The notes beneath the pieces are model-generated. The model saw only the letters and a program-made list of their open reading frames with translations. It was not told the DNA's origin and ran no database searches. Source: an uncultured candidate division Zixibacteria bacterium (lineage in GTDB: Bacteria > Zixibacteria > MSB-5A5 > GN15 > FEB-12). Taken from it: a stretch of DNA of 64,000 nt. The position numbers and the translations under genes are program-made. This document shows, piece after piece, positions 59,118-64,000 of this stretch (the first letter of the stretch is position 1; each line of letters begins with the position of its first letter). Where the stretch lies: NCBI GenBank assembly GCA_963664195.1, contig OY760907.1, forward strand, positions 640,001 through 704,000, in the 5' to 3' direction.

Positions 59118-60932
59118 CTACACGGACTCGGCCAGCTTGACGAAGTCCTTCACGTCGATCATAGCGCGATTGACCGCATCAACCCAGAAGTCTTCCTTCG
59201 TCAGATCGACACCAAGATGCTTCAGCGCAACTTCCTCTGTGGTCATGCTGCCGGTATCGGCCAGCATGGCGCGATATTTCTCCGCAAACGCCGGACCTTC
59301 TTTTGTTGCCCGATCGTAAACGCCGCCGGCAAACAAGAACCCGAAAGTGTAGGGATAATTGTAGAACGGCGAATCGGTGATGAAGAAGTGCAGCTTGGAC
59401 GCCCAGAACAGCGGATGATACCCGGACTCATCAAGCAACGGGCCGTAGGCCTTCTTCTGTGCCTCGATCATCATTTCATTCAGACGTTCCTTGCTCACCA
59501 CACCCTTCTTGCGTTCCGGATAGAAGTTGCTGTCGAAAATATAACGCGTGTGAATATCGCAGAACATCACATACGCCTGTTGAAGTTTCTGGTCGAGCAG
59601 CATCAGCTTTTCCTGCGGGTCGGTACACTCGGCCATGGCGGCGTCGTTGACGAGCGTCTCGTTGAAGATCGACGCGGTCTCAGCCAGGGTCATCGGATAC
59701 TCTGTGGCGAAGAACGGGCGGTTTTTCAACACAAAACTGTGATATGCGTGACCCAACTCGTGCGCCAGAGTGAGCAGGTTCTCAAACGAGCCGGCGTAGG
59801 TCATGAAAATACGACTCTGGCGGAAATGCCCGGTGCCTGAGCAGTACCCGCCTCCACGCTTGCCGGCCCGGTCCTCTGCCTCGATCCAGCGCTTATCAAT
59901 AGCCATACGGGAAAAATCGCCCATCTCCTTGGAGAATCCGCCGACGTGCTTCACGATAAAATCCGCGGCTTCATCGTACGGGTACAGCCGGTCGGCCTTG
60001 CCGCACGGGGCAAACTCGTCATACCAGCAAAACTTGTCGATCCCGAGCAATTTCTTTTTCGCTTCGACATACGGCACAAGCTGCTTCGTTTCACGGGCAA
60101 TCACGGACCACATAGCGTCAAGCGTGGCCTGTGACAGTCTTGCCTGCTGGAGCGGCTCAAAAAGCGGCGAATCCCAGCCACGTCCCTTGTAGACCGACAG
60201 GCGGAAACCTGCCTGCGCGTTGAGCGTCATAGCAGCGAGATCCTCGCGGGTTTTCCAGGCTTCGACCATTTTCTCAAAGGCCTGCTTGCGAGCTGCGCGG
60301 TCGGAACTGCCCATCTTGGTAGCCAACTGCCCGAGCGACATTTCCTCGGTCTTGCCGTCTTCCTCAAACTGCACGCGAAGGTCGCCGGACATCTTCTCGT
60401 AGAGCTGGTTCCACGCGTGGTAGCCGTTGACGGCCAACTCAAGCGCGAGAGACTCCTGCTCCATCGGCATCTTCTTTTTCATCAAGTTCCGGTCTTCGTC
60501 GAGGAAGAACCGAATGCCTCTGATGTTATCGGACGTGACAAACTTCTCCCAGACCTCGTCAGACTGCTCGAGCGAAAGAGCATCGAACTTGGTCTTGATC
60601 TGCTGCCACTCTGAGAGGCACTGAAGCCCTTCGCTCTCGATGGCAGCCGCCTTCGTGTCTTTCACATCCTGCGAGACAAGCATCGAGGCAAACGAAATGA
60701 TCAGTGTTGTGCCTTCAATCGCGTCCTGCAGTTTCAGGACGAAACCGCTCCAGACATTGATCGAGGAGTCATCCAGTTTGCGCGGAAGGTTCTTCAGATC
60801 CTCGTCGGCCTCTTTGAGCCAGTTTTTCACTTTGTCACGGTGAGCCTTGAATTCGGCGGACTCGGCCCCGCCGGGGAAAATCGAATCCAGGTCCCAGGTT
60901 GGAGCCGGGGGAATTTTTTTTGCAGCAGCCAT
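59118..60932 (-). CDS. M3B oligoendopeptidase (PepF-like)
   Basis: WDLDSIF, KRGGGYC, HELGHAYH, AETAS, FYNYPY. Confidence 0.92.
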   Translation of the reverse strand: MAAAKKIPPAPTWDLDSIFPGGAESAEFKAHRDKVKNWLKEADEDLKNLPRKLDDSSINVWSGFVLKLQDAIEGTTLIISFASMLVSQDVKDTKAAAIESEGLQCLSEWQQIKTKFDALSLEQSDEVWEKFVTSDNIRGIRFFLDEDRNLMKKKMPMEQESLALELAVNGYHAWNQLYEKMSGDLRVQFEEDGKTEEMSLGQLATKMGSSDRAARKQAFEKMVEAWKTREDLAAMTLNAQAGFRLSVYKGRGWDSPLFEPLQQARLSQATLDAMWSVIARETKQLVPYVEAKKKLLGIDKFCWYDEFAPCGKADRLYPYDEAADFIVKHVGGFSKEMGDFSRMAIDKRWIEAEDRAGKRGGGYCSGTGHFRQSRIFMTYAGSFENLLTLAHELGHAYHSFVLKNRPFFATEYPMTLAETASIFNETLVNDAAMAECTDPQEKLMLLDQKLQQAYVMFCDIHTRYIFDSNFYPERKKGVVSKERLNEMMIEAQKKAYGPLLDESGYHPLFWASKLHFFITDSPFYNYPYTFGFLFAGGVYDRATKEGPAFAEKYRAMLADTGSMTTEEVALKHLGVDLTKEDFWVDAVNRAMIDVKDFVKLAESV

Positions 60933-61000
60933 GATAATCTCCAAATCAACAATCTATTTTCGTTTCAATACGTCGTCGGAACAACAATGTTGCCCCGGCC

Positions 61001-62479
61001 TTATACGTCGGGCGCTTCGTACTTCTTCACCCATTTGGCGTAGAAAAGCATTGCAATCGCCGAAACGATACCAATCGCCGCAAACCGGTACCACAACTCG
61101 TACGGATTGTATGTATCCCAAAGAACCCGGGTGACCTCCGAATGGGTCTGCCCGGTAACTTCAACCAGCTTGTTCATGGCCTCGGTGCGATCAATGCCCG
61201 TAACGTTGAAGTTGGTTTGCAGGTAGTCGAGTGCGAGGTTGGCCTTGTCGCCCATGTCGTCATAGACATGACCGGCAATAACAGAGCCAAGTCCCCAGCC
61301 TATCCCCTGCGGCACGTTGGCATACCCCATATACAGGCCCTTCTCCCCCGGTGGAGCAATCACGCCAAGGTACTCGTTCATCTTGGGTGACGAGAGCATC
61401 TCACCAACAGAGAAGACGAGTATCCCGATCATGCAGAGATAACCGGCAGTCGTGAAGCCGGCAAGTATGAGTCCCACTGATGAGACAACAATACCGAGGA
61501 AGATCGAATGCGTGCGGCGCATTTTGGCAACCATCCACGAGACAAACACTACAACCAGAACAATGAGTCCGGCGTTGGCGTTGATCATCCATTCCTGCGA
61601 AAGCTGTTGACCGCGCAATGAGTTCTGTTGAAGCATCCAATCTGGCAGCCCGAGATCGGCAACAAGTTTTGAGCTGTCCACCCAATCGACGATGAAATTC
61701 GGCAGCATGTCAAACAACTGCATGAACATCAGCCAGAACCCGGACATGATAATCACGAATACGATTAGTCGCAGGTTGAAGAACTTGATAATTGTCTCCC
61801 CGAGTGTCTTGAACCAGCCGCCAGTTAGTTCGCCTCCCGAGGGAAGTTCCTTATAGGTGAGCAGCATCAGGAAGTTCAGTGAGACCATCACGGCACAGCC
61901 GAAAAACACGGTGGGCCAACCGAAACCGTAGAGAAAGTGAGCCACCGGCGGGCCAAGAAATCCGCCGATATTGACCAGCATATAGAACGTGCCCCAGCCA
62001 ACCGACGAGTTTTCTTTGGAGAGCGCCTGACACATTGTCCCCTGCACGCCAGGCTTGAAGATCGCGGTACCAAGTGCAAGCGTACAACAGCCTATCATGA
62101 ACGGCCAGAAAGTGGTCTGGGTAGCCATCAGCACATAACCCAACACCTTGATACAGATGGAGGCTGCAATGGTCTTCTTGTAACCGTACCGATCTGCAAA
62201 CCCGCCTGAAATCATCGGCGTCAGCGATTGGAACAACGCCCACCAGAGGAATATCTGGCCTTTCTCAACGGAGGTGAAGTGAAGTCCGCCTATTTCGTCG
62301 GCCTGGGCGATGTAAATGGGAATGACGACACGAACGCCGTAGTATGCGAGACGCTCGATCATTTCCATGATGTTGACCATCCAGAACGGGCGGCCCATTG
62401 AAGCAAGCGTCTGCAGAAGACCTTCGCGGGCCGTTTTGACAGGAGTGACCGGGTCGGTCACTGTGGATCTAGTTGACAT
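61001..62479 (-). CDS. MFS transporter, proton-dependent oligopeptide (POT)-like
   Basis: ExxERxAYYG, GGFADRYG, FKPG, FYMLVNIGG. Confidence 0.85.
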   Translation of the reverse strand: MSTRSTVTDPVTPVKTAREGLLQTLASMGRPFWMVNIMEMIERLAYYGVRVVIPIYIAQADEIGGLHFTSVEKGQIFLWWALFQSLTPMISGGFADRYGYKKTIAASICIKVLGYVLMATQTTFWPFMIGCCTLALGTAIFKPGVQGTMCQALSKENSSVGWGTFYMLVNIGGFLGPPVAHFLYGFGWPTVFFGCAVMVSLNFLMLLTYKELPSGGELTGGWFKTLGETIIKFFNLRLIVFVIIMSGFWLMFMQLFDMLPNFIVDWVDSSKLVADLGLPDWMLQQNSLRGQQLSQEWMINANAGLIVLVVVFVSWMVAKMRRTHSIFLGIVVSSVGLILAGFTTAGYLCMIGILVFSVGEMLSSPKMNEYLGVIAPPGEKGLYMGYANVPQGIGWGLGSVIAGHVYDDMGDKANLALDYLQTNFNVTGIDRTEAMNKLVEVTGQTHSEVTRVLWDTYNPYELWYRFAAIGIVSAIAMLFYAKWVKKYEAPDV

Positions 62480-62599
62480 ACAAGTTCTCCGTACGTACCG
62501 TTTTGAGGAATGTACAAGATCGTACACGAGACCAATTCAGTCAAGTGACTTGACCGAATCGCGCCCGTATATGTAGACATTTCGCACACGCACGGATAG

Positions 62600-62878
62600 A
62601 TGACGCACGAAAACGAACCAACAGAATATCCGATCGACGGTACCCTCGACCTGCATCTCTTCCGACCGGAAGAGACGAAGGATGTGGTCCTGGAATATAT
62701 CTCCGTATGTCTGGGAAAAGGCATTCTCGCCCTTCGCATAGTTCACGGCAAAGGCAAAGGCGTGCAACGACGAATCGTCCACAGCCTTCTCGAGGAGCAC
62801 CCGAACGTAACAGGGTTCCGCCATGAGGGCGGGTCCGGTGGGAGTTGGGGCGCAACGGTGGTGGATTTGGAGAAGTAG
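62600..62878 (+). CDS. Smr/MutS2 C-terminal domain protein
   Basis: LDLH, IVHGKGKG, GSWGATVV. Confidence 0.92.
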   Translation: MTHENEPTEYPIDGTLDLHLFRPEETKDVVLEYISVCLGKGILALRIVHGKGKGVQRRIVHSLLEEHPNVTGFRHEGGSGGSWGATVVDLEK

Positions 62879-63053
62879 GAATTCGAGTAGGTCGCGGTTC
62901 CAAGGTCCGCATACCATGCGAAGCGAGGAACCCATTAGGAATTGCAGCCGGCTGATTCCTCACCCTCAAGCTCCACAAACCGCTCTCGACTGCAAACGAT
63001 TCGACGCCTGAAGGTGGGACCTGAAAGTGACTGATTCGACAGATCGAATACTG

Positions 63054-63066
63054 CCCCCCCCCCCCC
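63054..63066. repeat. Intergenic C13 homopolymer
   Basis: 13 consecutive C. Confidence 0.8.
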
Positions 63067-63152
63067 AGTCCAGTGCGGTCAGGCGGAGTCGCCTTACCGC
63101 ACTTACAAGGGGTGAGTCACAGTGAACCGTAAGGACGACACCCCACAAAAAC

Positions 63153-63183
63153 AAAAGCCCCCGCCGTAAGGCAGAGGCTTTTT
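63153..63183. terminator. Bidirectional terminator-like hairpin
   Basis: AAAAGCC-CCC-GCC-GTAA-GGC-AGA-GGCTTTT. Confidence 0.65.
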
Positions 63184-63199
63184 GCGGTAGGAGCGGGTT

Positions 63200-64000
63200 T
63201 TACTTGAGTAAAACCATCTTCCTGGTGGAGCTGAAACCTCCAGCTGACAAACGATAGAGATACACCCCGGAGGCGTACCTATTGGCATCCCACTCTATCT
63301 TATAATAACCCGGCTCGTCTTCACCAGACCAGGTCTCGACCGTCTGGCCAAGCACGTTGAACACGGTCAGGTTCCACTTGCTGGCAACCGGAAGAGCGTA
63401 CTCGATCACGGTTGTCGGGTTAAACGGATTCGGGTAGTTCTGTGACAACTCAAACTGATCCGGCAGGTTTTGCAACCTGCTGACAAAGACACTTCCATCG
63501 TAGCCACCAATCTCCACAGACTTGACGGCATTGGTACCGTTGATATCCAGCACCGCGCCTAACTCAGCAAAAGCCTTTCCCTTCATACTGAAGATAAGCA
63601 CCTTCGTGTCGGTCCCATCGTACTTATAACGCATGTCCATACCGGCAGCAGATGTGCCGCTGGTCGGTCGGGCATCCCCCTCAAGAACGATATACAGGGC
63701 ACCAACCGGCGCCGGTGTCTCGGTAATACTCAGTACACCGCCGGCCACCGTAAACAGAACTTCAGGCTCCTCACCCGGAACAATCTTGGGCATCGGCGGG
63801 GCGTCGCCGACCACCACACGCAGGAGGTAAACGAGGTCGGCAACCGTGAGCGGGACACCGTCTCCGTTCACTTCGGAGGCCGCAATTGCACCCTCAACAT
63901 GCTCAAAGGCACCCAGACCCTCTAAGAAGTAGTTCGTGTACATCACCGCGTCAGCAATCTCGTATGCGACGCCGTTGAGGTTCATATCACCGCGATCATC
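63200..64000 (-). CDS. C-terminal part of a secreted protein (dockerin-like plus T9SS-type C-terminal domain); 5' end outside window
   Basis: GDMNLNG..ADAV, VNGDGVPLTVADLVYL, QNYPNPFNP...SGVYLYRL...RKMVLLK. Confidence 0.8.
   Translation of the reverse strand, partial: DDRGDMNLNGVAYEIADAVMYTNYFLEGLGAFEHVEGAIAASEVNGDGVPLTVADLVYLLRVVVGDAPPMPKIVPGEEPEVLFTVAGGVLSITETPAPVGALYIVLEGDARPTSGTSAAGMDMRYKYDGTDTKVLIFSMKGKAFAELGAVLDINGTNAVKSVEIGGYDGSVFVSRLQNLPDQFELSQNYPNPFNPTTVIEYALPVASKWNLTVFNVLGQTVETWSGEDEPGYYKIEWDANRYASGVYLYRLSAGGFSSTRKMVLLK

Overview
64 kb of GC-rich bacterial chromosome. A Zixibacteria-like (FCB-related) lineage is inferred from Cys-bracketed dockerin-like tails, FlgD-Ig/T9SS-type C-terminal domains and multiheme lipoproteins. 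Left part: a CPA2 antiporter and tRNA-fMet, then a patchy accessory region (about 2-21 kb) with an AT-rich TIR/NDT-like gene, a metzincin, apt, a hemerythrin, NosP plus a hybrid kinase, a YD-repeat lipoprotein, MarR-S41 peptidase and several gene fossils. Middle: a sigma54-controlled MacAB-type export operon, a porin, an RRM protein, a complete pho/pst cluster with 11-bp-periodic candidate Pho boxes, and a heptaheme cytochrome. Right part: secreted FN3/PKD, SBBP and C10-peptidase proteins with cohesin/dockerin-like modules, and peptide uptake/degradation genes. The most striking signal is a ~490-nt non-coding stretch (46.8-47.3 kb, minus strand) that folds by hand into a large structured RNA. 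It contains an anticodon-less tRNA-like domain and a ~30-bp long-range helix, and lies directly upstream of a stand-alone SPFH/Band-7 (slipin) gene with no rtcB in the window. No CRISPR array, integrase or transposase was recognised. All calls come from reading motifs by eye; no searches or folding programs were run.
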